A DNA stretch of 64,000 nt from positions 1 through 64,000 of the IMG/VR virus record IMGVR_UViG_3300027753_000007; one strand, written 5' to 3'. Origin of the DNA: a virus (taxonomy: Duplodnaviria; Caudoviricetes). The notes under the pieces are model-generated. The model ran no database searches, had not been told where the DNA came from, and saw nothing but the letters and a program-made list of their open reading frames with translations. A program made the translations under genes and the position numbers. Positions 35,596-45,318 of the stretch are shown one piece after another. Within the stretch, counting starts at the first letter, position 1; each line of letters starts with the position of its first letter.

Positions 35596-38436
35596 TTAGG
35601 CTAAGCTTTCACCTGTATTACGAATCCTTATTGGAATGTAAATGAACTCAACTGCCTTGACTGGCTGTATAGCAATGTCAATCCATAGCTCGTTGCGGTC
35701 GATTCTAGCTGGTGTGTTATTTGATTCATCACACACTACTAGGAACGCATACAGACCACGGAGTGTTACAAGTTCAGCTAGGAAGCTATCGAACTGTGCC
35801 TTAACAGCATCGCGCGTTGTGGTATCATTTGGCTCAAATAGGAATGGCTGACCTAGTACCTCAGATTGGAACCTAACAAAGTTAGTCAACCTAGCTACAT
35901 TGATCCTATCCAATGCCGATTCAACTGGATTACGTGTCTTTTGACCATATACAACTAGTCCGCGACCAGAGATATAAGCAATTGGATTCACCTTATTGGT
36001 GTACAATACATCTCTCTGACCTTGGTTTAGTGTAACTGGTGTGTACTCGTCTTCACTTGTTAGGTAACCAACGCTTGCAGCGTTAGAGACTAGACCGCGT
36101 GAGAAGCCAGCTGGAGCAAACCACTGATATGCAACCTGGTCGTTATAGGCCATTGTGCGTAGTACAATGTGGGATGCTGGTGCAACCACTTCGCTGCCGT
36201 CAACATTTGCTGTCAAGCACGATGGGTAGTAGACACCTAAGTAAGCACTATTGGTTACCAAACCATCATCGCCTGTGCTTGCAGCATTGTTAGCATTTGT
36301 TGCCCAATTCTGCAGGTCAGTTGTGTTTGAGGATAGGTGGAATGGTGAGTCACCAATAACGAACGCTGTCTCTTTACGATCTACGTTCAATGCAAGCATC
36401 TCGTCCATTAGCTCTGGGAAACCAGGAGCAGCAATTAGGTTAAAGAACACTGTCTCAGCGCGGATATCTTCATTGGAAGCAATTACGCTTGCCATTGCAT
36501 CAATCACAATACGCTTCACTGCGTCTTGACCCATATATGGGCTACCGTCGGCCTGTAAGCCACTTGCCGATACCCAGCGGTCTACGTTAGCTGATGAGTA
36601 TGTTGTTGCGTTTTGTGTCCACACCTTAACATTACGACCGCTTGCGCGTGTATTAAATAGCAATGTACCAACTGGGTATGCAGCAGGAAGCGGCGCATCT
36701 CCATCTAATGTAGCCGTAGATGCAGCAGTTCCACTACCTGGAACATTTGCAGCGGCGCGAGCATCAGCAAAAATGATACCGTTTGGAGTAGTTTGATCAG
36801 CGTTGTCGATCAATACCCACTCGGTGCTCGCAAGGACATACCTACGTATTACCGGATAACCAGTTAGTTGATCTGTTTCAACCCATAGCTCATCACCTGC
36901 TAGTGCAGTTCCATCTAGCTGTGTTGTTGGTTCATCGGATTGTACAAGAATCAAATTAGGATCAATGTCATTCCATGCTGAACCAATCTTCTCCATTATG
37001 TCAACCGTAAAGCTAGGATCATACCAGTATGTTCCGTATGCTGCGGTTGTTGTTGGAGCCGTTAAACTTACAGCTAACGTTGAGTCATATGTAGCTAACT
37101 CGACCATATTAGACGCTAGTACGCCAAGGCCACCAGAACCTGTATAAGCTACAGCACCTACACAAGCGGTTGTCAGACCCATATCTGTAAGAGGAGTTCC
37201 AACACCGTTATATAAATAAATATCTTCACCTGCTGTGTTAGTTAATACTATAGCACCATTAGCAGATGTCTTACTTGCGACTACATTAGCTGGTGGTGTT
37301 GCATTGATTAGTTGAACTAACTGGTCAATAGTTTCGTCACCAGCCAACGTAATGATTTGGCCGTTTATATAAAAAGTATCAGAACCAGTTAATGTACCTG
37401 TTGTAAAACCAGTTACTAAGCCAGTTATTGTAGTTGTCGATTGACCGTTGTGACGGTAAAAAGTTAATGTTGCTACTGGAGTTGCAGTCTCACCAGTATG
37501 ATCATTATACAAACCAATTAATGTCCCTGCTGCTACAGAACTACCAGCATTAGCGGTGTAAAAATTGGCGCCGCGTCCATCGCCGCCGCCTATGCTATAT
37601 TCATACCAAGTAGGTGAGGTTTGTGTCACAAACTGACCTAATGTCGAATCCCACATCTTAATAGACGTACTTAATCCAGCGTTTGGTGTTGTGGTCTTAA
37701 CCCAACGATCTTGAATACTAGGTGTTGGAGTCGGAACAGACGTATGAGGGGAAACAAACACAGAACCAGCAGTATTCACTACCGACCAAGCATCGCCACC
37801 AATCATAAGCCAGGCGCCGCCAAGGCGTTCAAAATATGTTATTGTAGAGGTAGAAAATGAATCATTAATAGCAGCCAAAAAATCACCATTAACAAATCCT
37901 GAGGACGGTAGTGTGTCACCGTCGTTGACTACACCATCGTAAAACGTTACTGTCTGCTCTTCCCAAACACCAGTACTGGTAGCAGAGTTCCAAGAGAACA
38001 AACCAGGGACAAAGTTATTCATGTCAACCCAGTATGTGCCATTAGCTGGATCACCAGCAGGCTCAGTTGCAGTAGGTTCTAGTTCAGCAAGGTCAACGTC
38101 TGCACGTACTACGTATGCTCTGTTAGCAACGCCTAAATACGAGTATGCAGCTAACAAGCCGTACTCATTTAGTGCATAACCATGCTGTGAGGTTCCACCA
38201 ACTTCATTGAAGTCTGGGTTACCGAAGGTCTGTAATAGCTCTCTTTGACTACTAATCAAAAATAAGCTGTCTGCGCTTGCAGCAGTTGTGCCGGACGCCA
38301 CGGCTGTACCGTCTGGCGTAGCCTTATCCTGCTTTGTCGCAATAAAAATCATTGGGACTGTACCCGGTCCTGCTGAAGAGTAAAAACTCTCGTCGGTTAC
38401 CGTTACACTTACTCCTGGGCTAACAATCGTTGCCAT
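35596..38436 (-). CDS. 18: Contractile tail sheath protein with large insertion domains
   Basis: SPGVSVT, GQKT, DRINVARL, FEPND, PVKAVEFIYIP. Confidence 0.95.
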   Translation of the reverse strand: MATIVSPGVSVTVTDESFYSSAGPGTVPMIFIATKQDKATPDGTAVASGTTAASADSLFLISSQRELLQTFGNPDFNEVGGTSQHGYALNEYGLLAAYSYLGVANRAYVVRADVDLAELEPTATEPAGDPANGTYWVDMNNFVPGLFSWNSATSTGVWEEQTVTFYDGVVNDGDTLPSSGFVNGDFLAAINDSFSTSTITYFERLGGAWLMIGGDAWSVVNTAGSVFVSPHTSVPTPTPSIQDRWVKTTTPNAGLSTSIKMWDSTLGQFVTQTSPTWYEYSIGGGDGRGANFYTANAGSSVAAGTLIGLYNDHTGETATPVATLTFYRHNGQSTTTITGLVTGFTTGTLTGSDTFYINGQIITLAGDETIDQLVQLINATPPANVVASKTSANGAIVLTNTAGEDIYLYNGVGTPLTDMGLTTACVGAVAYTGSGGLGVLASNMVELATYDSTLAVSLTAPTTTAAYGTYWYDPSFTVDIMEKIGSAWNDIDPNLILVQSDEPTTQLDGTALAGDELWVETDQLTGYPVIRRYVLASTEWVLIDNADQTTPNGIIFADARAAANVPGSGTAASTATLDGDAPLPAAYPVGTLLFNTRASGRNVKVWTQNATTYSSANVDRWVSASGLQADGSPYMGQDAVKRIVIDAMASVIASNEDIRAETVFFNLIAAPGFPELMDEMLALNVDRKETAFVIGDSPFHLSSNTTDLQNWATNANNAASTGDDGLVTNSAYLGVYYPSCLTANVDGSEVVAPASHIVLRTMAYNDQVAYQWFAPAGFSRGLVSNAASVGYLTSEDEYTPVTLNQGQRDVLYTNKVNPIAYISGRGLVVYGQKTRNPVESALDRINVARLTNFVRFQSEVLGQPFLFEPNDTTTRDAVKAQFDSFLAELVTLRGLYAFLVVCDESNNTPARIDRNELWIDIAIQPVKAVEFIYIPIRIRNTGESLA

Positions 38437-38512
38437 GTTGTACTCCTATTATTAAGAAATCCTGTTACAGGTATTTATCAATACATCATGCAAAAGGGCG
38501 TGTTATAAACTT

Positions 38513-39328
38513 CTAATTTTCGACTATCGCTTGTATAAGCTGTTCAAAATTTGTTTTGACAACTTCTTGGGCTTTTTTATCGTCTCCTAATTCGTTAACC
38601 ATTTTCTTATAAAAATATATTAGGTCTTTATAGATACGTTCAGTTGTGGTAGAACTGTAGATTCCTACTTCTGGATCTGCATATTCATTTCCTTGATCTT
38701 GCTCATCTTGTTGTTCTTGTTCAGCTTCTTGGGCTTTTTTCTGAATGGCTCCCATACCATTTGTTTGTACCGCGTGTTTCATTACTGCTTTGATGATGCC
38801 TGGGACTTTATCGCGTGGGACAAATGGTTGGTCATCCTCAAGATTTTCTAAAACGAGAGTACCTTGATTCAAACCGTGCCACATAGATTCTAACGATAGG
38901 TTATCGCCATCTTCGGAGTTCTCATCAAAATTGAACCCGTACTGGAAACCCGCTGCCAATTTGTCGGTTTCATCTGAAACTTCCGCACTCACTTTTTGGT
39001 TTGCTATCTTATTTAGTATGACATCGCCACTCTTGCCGTATCCTTGATCATAGAAAAACTTCTTCAAGGTTGCAAGATCAGTTGTCCAGTTTGCTTCAGG
39101 GCCTTCCTCATCTAAATCTTGTGCTGATTTAGCAAATGGACGAAAAGCCCTATACAATCTGTTCATCTCGGACTCGAGTGCATCTTGAGCACCCGCTTCA
39201 CTACGAGATTGTTTGCTTATAGGGTTTAGTTTGCTGGCTTTAGTTTTTAGACGAGTCTTCCAATCGACCATATCTGCTTCAAGCAAATCGGTAATTGGCT
39301 GCTCGTGGGATAAATCTTGTATTCTCAT
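38513..39328 (-). CDS. Hypothetical late protein, probable internal head protein
   Basis: MRIQDL..LLE|A; ATG 5 nt after GATAAATA. Confidence 0.6.
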   Translation of the reverse strand: MRIQDLSHEQPITDLLEADMVDWKTRLKTKASKLNPISKQSRSEAGAQDALESEMNRLYRAFRPFAKSAQDLDEEGPEANWTTDLATLKKFFYDQGYGKSGDVILNKIANQKVSAEVSDETDKLAAGFQYGFNFDENSEDGDNLSLESMWHGLNQGTLVLENLEDDQPFVPRDKVPGIIKAVMKHAVQTNGMGAIQKKAQEAEQEQQDEQDQGNEYADPEVGIYSSTTTERIYKDLIYFYKKMVNELGDDKKAQEVVKTNFEQLIQAIVEN

Positions 39329-39349
39329 ACAAGTATTTATCTAAAATAA

Positions 39350-39976
39350 TTAGAATCCGTACTTGTTTACGAGGGTTTGAACCGCTAATTCTAAGTCTTC
39401 TAACGTGCCATCATTGTGTATTACTTCGTCTGGCGTAGTATTTACCCAAGACCATTCGCTTGCATGGACGTTAGAATACATGGTGTCCATCATGTCTATA
39501 GCTATTGGACAACCGTCGCAAGCGTCCATTGCTGTAGTCCACCATTCGGGTTTCGGGCCGCGATCCACACGTATTACAATGCCACCAGCTTTCCGTATAA
39601 CAGCAACCTCGTTGGGAAAACGTGCATCGCTAATTACAAGACCTGTTTTAGGTGCCCGTCTAAGCAGGCTCAGTACCCAAATATCTTTGTGGAAGTGGTT
39701 TCGCATAACATCTGTGCCCATTAACTGTAACGCTAAACGTGGACTAAAATTTGGTATGCCTAATTTATCTGACCACCATTCATCTGTTTGCTCACGCATC
39801 ACCCTATGTTCAGCAGTCTTGCCTTCCAACATGGCGCGGTCCCAGCAAAAGAGTGTTGCGCACATATCTTTTAACGTGCTTGCAAAACTATCTTGATGAA
39901 AATTGTGGTTGTTGTGCAGAATTTCTGCAACGGTGTTTTTGCCTGATCCTATTGATCCAAGTATTCCTATAATCAT
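39350..39976 (-). CDS. 1: Deoxynucleoside monophosphate kinase (gp1-like)
   Basis: GSIGSGKNT, PRLALQLMGTD, SDARFPNE, HASE; start reassigned to 39976. Confidence 0.9.
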   Translation of the reverse strand: MIIGILGSIGSGKNTVAEILHNNHNFHQDSFASTLKDMCATLFCWDRAMLEGKTAEHRVMREQTDEWWSDKLGIPNFSPRLALQLMGTDVMRNHFHKDIWVLSLLRRAPKTGLVISDARFPNEVAVIRKAGGIVIRVDRGPKPEWWTTAMDACDGCPIAIDMMDTMYSNVHASEWSWVNTTPDEVIHNDGTLEDLELAVQTLVNKYGF

Positions 39977-39982
39977 GTTGCT

Positions 39983-40011
39983 ATTATACAATACTATCTG
40001 AGGTTTGTCAA
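39983..40011 (-). promoter_or_regulatory. Consensus sigma70 promoter
   Basis: TTGACA-17-TATAAT; ATG 6 nt after -10. Confidence 0.85.
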
Positions 40012-40121
40012 GTCCGTTCCCAAATTAAAAACAATAAAATTATAGATAAACACACACCACTTATGCTGCCGTACCATGCAAACCAGAATAAGATGAGGGT
40101 GCCGATGGCAATTAGGATCAT

Positions 40122-40874
40122 TTAACCAATGCGGAAAGGTATGCCGTCTCGCCCAGTTACAAAGTTCAATAGCTCTTGTTCTAATCTTTCCATTTCTGCT
40201 GTAGCATCTTGTTTTAGCTCATTGCCGTTTAGCGTAATCGAGCCGCCAGGACCAGGTAGGCCACTCGGGAATTTACTACGGGCTTCGCCTAGCATCTGCT
40301 TACACTTAGCCAGTGCAAAATCACGCACCCAAGGGCCAGTGTAGTCATCAGTTAGTATAATATCTGTCGGTTTGCGCATCCAAACCTTAGCTAGGACGTC
40401 TTCTTCTGCTTTAGGTCTGCGAACTAGACTCAGTTTGTGGGTTGAAGGTTCCCACATAAAGTTTAGTTCAGAACCAAACACCCTACCAATCGTCTCTTGG
40501 TATTGGGCAAAGAAGTCCCACGTAGCAAGACCACCTGTGCGGCCTGCTTGTAACAAATAGATGTTTGAGAACGCTGCCTCAAACGGATCAAAGTTTGTGC
40601 CGCCAGTGGAGTTAGCACCAACGCCTCTGCGATATAGCTTTTCTACTTCCTGCACTTCGTCAGGCATGGTGTATACGTCTACGTCAGGTTGCATGGTGAA
40701 GAAAATATGAGATTCTTCTACGCCGCCTGTTGTCCTTTGACGGACACGTTCTACAGCCATATCAATAGCTAGATCATAATGCTCTGCATCTAGCTCAACC
40801 TCAACCATTTGCCCACCCAATAGTAGACGAATCTGACTGATTAATTTTGTTCTCGGTGTAATTGTAGCGGACAT
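40122..40874 (-). CDS. 13: Neck protein (gp13-like)
   Basis: LLGGQMVEVEL, W..DFALA..K..LGEARSKF, PGG.ITLNG. Confidence 0.8.
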   Translation of the reverse strand: MSATITPRTKLISQIRLLLGGQMVEVELDAEHYDLAIDMAVERVRQRTTGGVEESHIFFTMQPDVDVYTMPDEVQEVEKLYRRGVGANSTGGTNFDPFEAAFSNIYLLQAGRTGGLATWDFFAQYQETIGRVFGSELNFMWEPSTHKLSLVRRPKAEEDVLAKVWMRKPTDIILTDDYTGPWVRDFALAKCKQMLGEARSKFPSGLPGPGGSITLNGNELKQDATAEMERLEQELLNFVTGRDGIPFRIG

Positions 40875-40927
40875 AAATACCTCGTTCTGTTACAGGTATT
40901 TATCATTATCCATGCAATTACGGGCGG

Positions 40928-41386
40928 CTAATTGTGCGGTCTTGGTCGCGGGGTGTCGTCATTGTGACGGTCACGTGGGACTCGACGAGGATGCTTTTTG
41001 GGTGGTGGAGGTGGGGGTGGCACATGGCGGCGAGGTGGTGGGTGACGCGCTGGGGGTGGAGCAGGTGGCGGCACGTGGCGATATGGTGGCGGAGGGTGGC
41101 GTACAGGTGGTGGTGGCGGTGGTGTATGCCTGATTGGCGGTAGATCATAATAGCGGTGATGGACGTAATTCGGTGGGGCATAATAATAGCGGTAGCCCAT
41201 ATCACCGTACACTCTGTAACCATTGTAGTATGAATCGTTATAATAGCCTAAGGTATAATGAATGTATCCTGTTGGATGAAGATGTGAACCGTATGAATGA
41301 CCTGCGTGGTAATCTACTACGGTGTATTCCCAACCTGCACAACCTGATAATGTTAATAATGCAAGAGCTATAAATAATTTACGCAT
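40928..41386 (-). CDS. Pro/His-rich lipoprotein
   Basis: Signal peptide with lipobox LSGC; Tyr-rich segment then RHxPPP repeats. Confidence 0.75.
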   Translation of the reverse strand: MRKLFIALALLTLSGCAGWEYTVVDYHAGHSYGSHLHPTGYIHYTLGYYNDSYYNGYRVYGDMGYRYYYAPPNYVHHRYYDLPPIRHTPPPPPPVRHPPPPYRHVPPPAPPPARHPPPRRHVPPPPPPPKKHPRRVPRDRHNDDTPRPRPHN

Positions 41387-41450
41387 GTCCTTCTCCTTAT
41401 GTTCTACTATTATTTACCATTATAGTAGCATAGAATTCCTTAACGTAACC

Positions 41451-41627
41451 TTAACAGGTGCTCTTATTTATGGAAAAGTTTACTATATCTTTTTTGGCGA
41501 TTCTGCCTTTTTCTTCGAAGAAAATATAGCTGCTTTTTGAATCTAAAAACTTGTCAACAAACACTGTTCCATCCTTTAGCTTGATGCGAACACGCTTTCC
41601 TTTGTACGTTGACGAGTGGGTGGTCAT
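41451..41627 (-). CDS. Small Sm/SH3-like protein
   Basis: KGKRVRIKLKDG; TAATG coupling. Confidence 0.55.
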   Translation of the reverse strand: MTTHSSTYKGKRVRIKLKDGTVFVDKFLDSKSSYIFFEEKGRIAKKDIVNFSINKSTC

Positions 41628-42124
41628 TATTGTGTCCACCCACAATCTTCGTCAACCATTGCGCTTGTTTTATCGACCCAAGTTTCCCAGGATTCTATCT
41701 GCTTCGCGGTGCAAATTATTTCACCAGTGAGGCACACGTTCAGATTACGGATCATCGTCTCTTTCATAAATTGTGATTGCTCGCACCTAGTCGTTGGACG
41801 GGTGTAACCGGAGCTAAGTTCATACTCGAGAGATGCCTGAGATACAAGCCACACCAGACCAATCAATGCCGTCAGCACAAAACCACCCAGTACCACATTA
41901 TTACGGGTTGTAAGCTTGTGTGGTGTTTCGTCTGGCTTATCTTTACTGCCCACAATGCTCATCCTTATCAGACCAACGCAGGTGCAAATCAAAAATAGAA
42001 AAACAACACCCCACCTTATAGGATTTGGCAACGCCATACCTAAGATCTTAGCCACCGCACCTATTATTGTTATCGAGATTAGTGTGCTGGCAGCGTAAAA
42101 GAAGCCCTTCCAAAACTCGTTCAC
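41627..42124 (-). CDS. Membrane protein with three TM segments
   Basis: Hydrophobic segments followed by a soluble Cys-containing domain. Confidence 0.65.
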   Translation of the reverse strand: MNEFWKGFFYAASTLISITIIGAVAKILGMALPNPIRWGVVFLFLICTCVGLIRMSIVGSKDKPDETPHKLTTRNNVVLGGFVLTALIGLVWLVSQASLEYELSSGYTRPTTRCEQSQFMKETMIRNLNVCLTGEIICTAKQIESWETWVDKTSAMVDEDCGWTQ

Positions 42125-42133
42125 AACCCTCTC

Positions 42134-43285
42134 CTATTTTACAATCTTCAGGATTATCATATCCGCGCTTGTGCGGGCCTTTAGCTTGTGATCGACTGCC
42201 TTGATGTCCTCAAAGAACGTGCGCAGGGCGACCTTGCCAGCCTTTTGGAACTCTTTCAACTGTTCCTTAGGCTTGCGCAAACTCTTGTTGCGAGACTTGT
42301 CTTCAGAGAAGTTGGTGATGCTCGAACCCTTAACACCGAGACCTGCATCGTCTGCTGCTACATAGCGTCCCAGCTTGCGATACTTGGTATTATAAATCCA
42401 AATCATCTGCGCGCCGACGATATCCCGCGGGTTGAGACTTGCAAGCCCAAGCTCATCGTCTTTTTCCTTGTACTTCAGTTTCGCAACCAGTTTGTCCACG
42501 CTTACAGCCTTCTTCTTACGAGGAGCCTTCTGCGCCTTCTGTACTTTGACCGCAACATTGACCGCAGTCATAATGCTTTCCAGCAATGCAATCATCTTCT
42601 TCAACTGCGCCTTGCTGAGGTTACTGTAGCCTTCCTTCAGGTCAGCGTCTTCACCAGCCAACGCTGCCTTCAATTCTTCGAGGTCGTCTTCGTAGAACTT
42701 TTTGATCCAGCGGGTGTGACCAGCCTTCAAGCCACCGACGGTGATGGCGGTCGTAGGATTCATCTTATCTGTAATATTTGCCTTCGGGTCAGTAGCCAGC
42801 ATGTCTAACCAACCGTCAAATTCTTGCGCCACGCTTGCGGCCTGGTCGCGCATCCGATCTTGGATCGTAGCCTTCGGACGAGAGCTAACAACCTTACTAG
42901 CCGCCTTAGCAGCCGCTTTCTGTTCAGCGCGGATTGCCCGTGCCCGAACCATCAGTCGTTCGATGCCTGCGGGGAAGCCCACTGCGAAACTCTCAGGCAG
43001 TTCGCCACCAGCGTTAATAATCAGCGCCAGCTTGCCCACAGTCTGAAAATCCTTGTCACTAAGCAAACCCAAAAGCTTGTGATCCAGCTTCTGAGCCTTG
43101 GCGTATTTGAGCATTTCCTTCTTCAGTTGCTTGTCAGCAACGTCATACTGGGCGTAATGCAATGCGCCGTAGAAGAGGCGCGTAAAGTCTTTGTTAGTGG
43201 ATACCACATTGGAGAGATCGGGACCTACTAGAATCTTCCGACCTTTCGCTTTCAAACCTTTCTTCTTACGTCTTAATGAGATCAT
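42134..43285 (-). CDS. Conserved early basic hypothetical protein
   Basis: 383 aa; IYNTKYRKLG..GVKGSSI..SLRKP; strong promoter upstream. Confidence 0.75.
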   Translation of the reverse strand: MISLRRKKKGLKAKGRKILVGPDLSNVVSTNKDFTRLFYGALHYAQYDVADKQLKKEMLKYAKAQKLDHKLLGLLSDKDFQTVGKLALIINAGGELPESFAVGFPAGIERLMVRARAIRAEQKAAAKAASKVVSSRPKATIQDRMRDQAASVAQEFDGWLDMLATDPKANITDKMNPTTAITVGGLKAGHTRWIKKFYEDDLEELKAALAGEDADLKEGYSNLSKAQLKKMIALLESIMTAVNVAVKVQKAQKAPRKKKAVSVDKLVAKLKYKEKDDELGLASLNPRDIVGAQMIWIYNTKYRKLGRYVAADDAGLGVKGSSITNFSEDKSRNKSLRKPKEQLKEFQKAGKVALRTFFEDIKAVDHKLKARTSADMIILKIVK

Positions 43286-43315
43286 TGTGTCTGTTCCTTT
43301 GCTAACTATACCTAT

Positions 43316-43344
43316 ATTATACGATAAGATGACCCAAATGTCAA
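43316..43344 (-). promoter_or_regulatory. Consensus sigma70 promoter (cassette copy A1)
   Basis: TTGACA-17-TATAAT; 43308-43351 matches 61531-61574 at 42/44. Confidence 0.85.
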
Positions 43345-43362
43345 GAACAAAGTTCCTAACAA

Positions 43363-43563
43363 AATCAATAACTTATAAAAAAATGAATGAGGTAACCTAT
43401 TGAATTATATAGGGTTCTCACACCGAGAATCAAAGACTTACATCGATCTGGAAAACCTAGCAGCACACTGATGCACGATCCGTAATAGAATCGCACAGAG
43501 CGCACTCCTAGTATCAGAATCAAAGACTTACGTGTTCCTGTGCAGCCCTAAATCAAAGACTTA
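43363..43563. promoter_or_regulatory. Four IHF-consensus sites
   Basis: AATCAATAACTTA 43363; AATCAAAGACTTA 43428, 43518, 43551. Confidence 0.65.
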
Positions 43564-44214
43564 CTTCTTGTTTCGCTTGCTCTTAGGTTTACGCTTGTAA
43601 ACGGTGTCAAGGCCAGGTTTGCCCCAATCGTCAATGCCTAGTAATTCAACAACCTCATATCCAAGCTCAAACAAGAATTCTGCGGCCACCTTGTCTTTTT
43701 CTGGATGGATTGTCTCCAACACAATGACGGGGGAGCAGCGGTCGATTAATTCCTTGCCGCCTTGTAACGCTTCTAGCTCATGACCTTCCACGTCCAAATG
43801 TATCAGTCCAACATCACCAATCAAGTCATCCATCAAAATTACATGGAAATCATCTCCTGGTGTTACGAAGAAGCCGCCGCTATTGGTTCGGTCAGCGGTA
43901 TACATATTTACACGCTTACGCTTGTTGCTGAAGCATGCCTGTATTTTGGTTACGTTTTCTTCATGGACGTTTGTTGTGAGACAAAAGAAGTTTCTACCTT
44001 GCGGTTCAACTGCATAAATATGTCTAAACATATATGCATACTGTTTCGTATAGATACCAGCGTGGGCTCCAGCATGGATGCATGTGTCAAAGTTACTGAC
44101 ATGTTTCCTTATCCGCTGCGGCAAATCCATTTCGTTATTTAGCCACATCCACGCACCAATATCATCTTTTGGCCAAACCCAACTATCTCTCATCTCTACA
44201 TCATGTTTATACAT
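43561..44214 (-). CDS. FkbM-family SAM-dependent methyltransferase
   Basis: IHAGAHAG, YAVEP, LIHLDVEGHE; SD-led ATG 44214. Confidence 0.85.
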   Translation of the reverse strand: MYKHDVEMRDSWVWPKDDIGAWMWLNNEMDLPQRIRKHVSNFDTCIHAGAHAGIYTKQYAYMFRHIYAVEPQGRNFFCLTTNVHEENVTKIQACFSNKRKRVNMYTADRTNSGGFFVTPGDDFHVILMDDLIGDVGLIHLDVEGHELEALQGGKELIDRCSPVIVLETIHPEKDKVAAEFLFELGYEVVELLGIDDWGKPGLDTVYKRKPKSKRNKK

Positions 44215-44297
44215 TGTTATCCTCCGTGTGTATTTACTATATATGGAGTCCAAGCGACACTGAAAAAGGGCATTTCTGCCCTCGTTCAGCCAAGATG

Positions 44298-44447
44298 TTA
44301 GTCTTCCTGGGTTTCTAGTGCTTCTGTAACCAGGCACATCTGTCCGCAGGCGGCACCTGCTTGGACTTCGGCTTCGGTTGCGATTGCTACTGCACCTTCA
44401 AAACCAGCTTCTTCAATTTCATTCACAATTTCATTTACCTGTTTCAT
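44298..44447 (-). CDS. 49-aa peptide corresponding to the RlmN C-terminus (AACGQ)
   Basis: Manual translation MKQVNEIVNEIEEAGFEGAVAIATEAEVQAGAACGQMCLVTEALETQED; AAGGAG 6 nt before ATG; not in ORF track. Confidence 0.8.
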   Translation of the reverse strand: MKQVNEIVNEIEEAGFEGAVAIATEAEVQAGAACGQMCLVTEALETQED

Positions 44448-44457
44448 TTCATTCTCC

Positions 44458-45318
44458 TTAGATTGTGTTCTCGTATGTAAATAATGTCTTCAATGAATTT
44501 TCATCGGAGACAGGGTTTTCGTTTATTGGCGACACCTTAATGAACACGGTCTTAGGATCAAACTGTGTTCTTAGGTGGTTGGCGTCAAATGGTGTGCCTT
44601 CAGCAAGAGCAAAATTCAGCGTTGCTTTCCAAGGGCGGTTTGGGAACCTGTAGTACCAAGATGCTGCCAACTTGCCAATGTCTTCATTGGACATAACTGT
44701 AATAGACTGTAGCCACTTGCGGTATTCGTCGTCTGTGCTGTGGATACTAAATTGCAGCTCTAACCAATCGTTTCCGTATATTTCTTCAAGCACCATCAAT
44801 TGATCTACCAGTTCTACTGACCTTGGAATACCAATAGTGGAAACTTGGATGCGAGCTTTCGGGAACATTACCTTGATGCGATTAACTGCCTGCACAACTT
44901 CATCTATGTTCATCGCAGGCTCGCCCATCCTCGTAAACAACACCCTAAAAATTCCGCTGTCGTTTGGATCAAGACCACCGTTGATCTTTTGTGCTTCCGC
45001 AATCGCATACGTTACTTGGTCTACCATTTCTTGGGCAGTAAGATTACGCCAGTGTTGCTTATCCGTCAAGCGGTTGACCGCACAAAATTTGCATTTGATT
45101 GGGCAACCAGACTGTGTGCTAATGCCTACCGTCCACTTCTCCTTCCAGTTTTGAATCGAGAAGGCATTAGCATCCACTTTGTTGTCTTTGCGGTGGGTAT
45201 TACGCACCTCAGTTTGACCAGGTAAGCAGGTCGAGGTTGTTTCAATCAGCAAATTGTCATTCAATTGCACAACTGATACAAAACCGTTTGTGAACTGTTT
45301 TGTTTTTAGAGCGTTCAT
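44458..45318 (-). CDS. RlmN/Cfr-family radical SAM protein lacking its C-terminal Cys segment
   Basis: ISTQSGCPIKCKFC, RMGEPAMN, VSTIG, QFSIHS. Confidence 0.85.
   Translation of the reverse strand: MNALKTKQFTNGFVSVVQLNDNLLIETTSTCLPGQTEVRNTHRKDNKVDANAFSIQNWKEKWTVGISTQSGCPIKCKFCAVNRLTDKQHWRNLTAQEMVDQVTYAIAEAQKINGGLDPNDSGIFRVLFTRMGEPAMNIDEVVQAVNRIKVMFPKARIQVSTIGIPRSVELVDQLMVLEEIYGNDWLELQFSIHSTDDEYRKWLQSITVMSNEDIGKLAASWYYRFPNRPWKATLNFALAEGTPFDANHLRTQFDPKTVFIKVSPINENPVSDENSLKTLFTYENTI

Noticed and set aside
40912-41373. Alternative-frame ORFs over the Pro-rich gene
   Set aside because: By-products of low-complexity GC-rich codons; only the lipobox frame has a signal and SD
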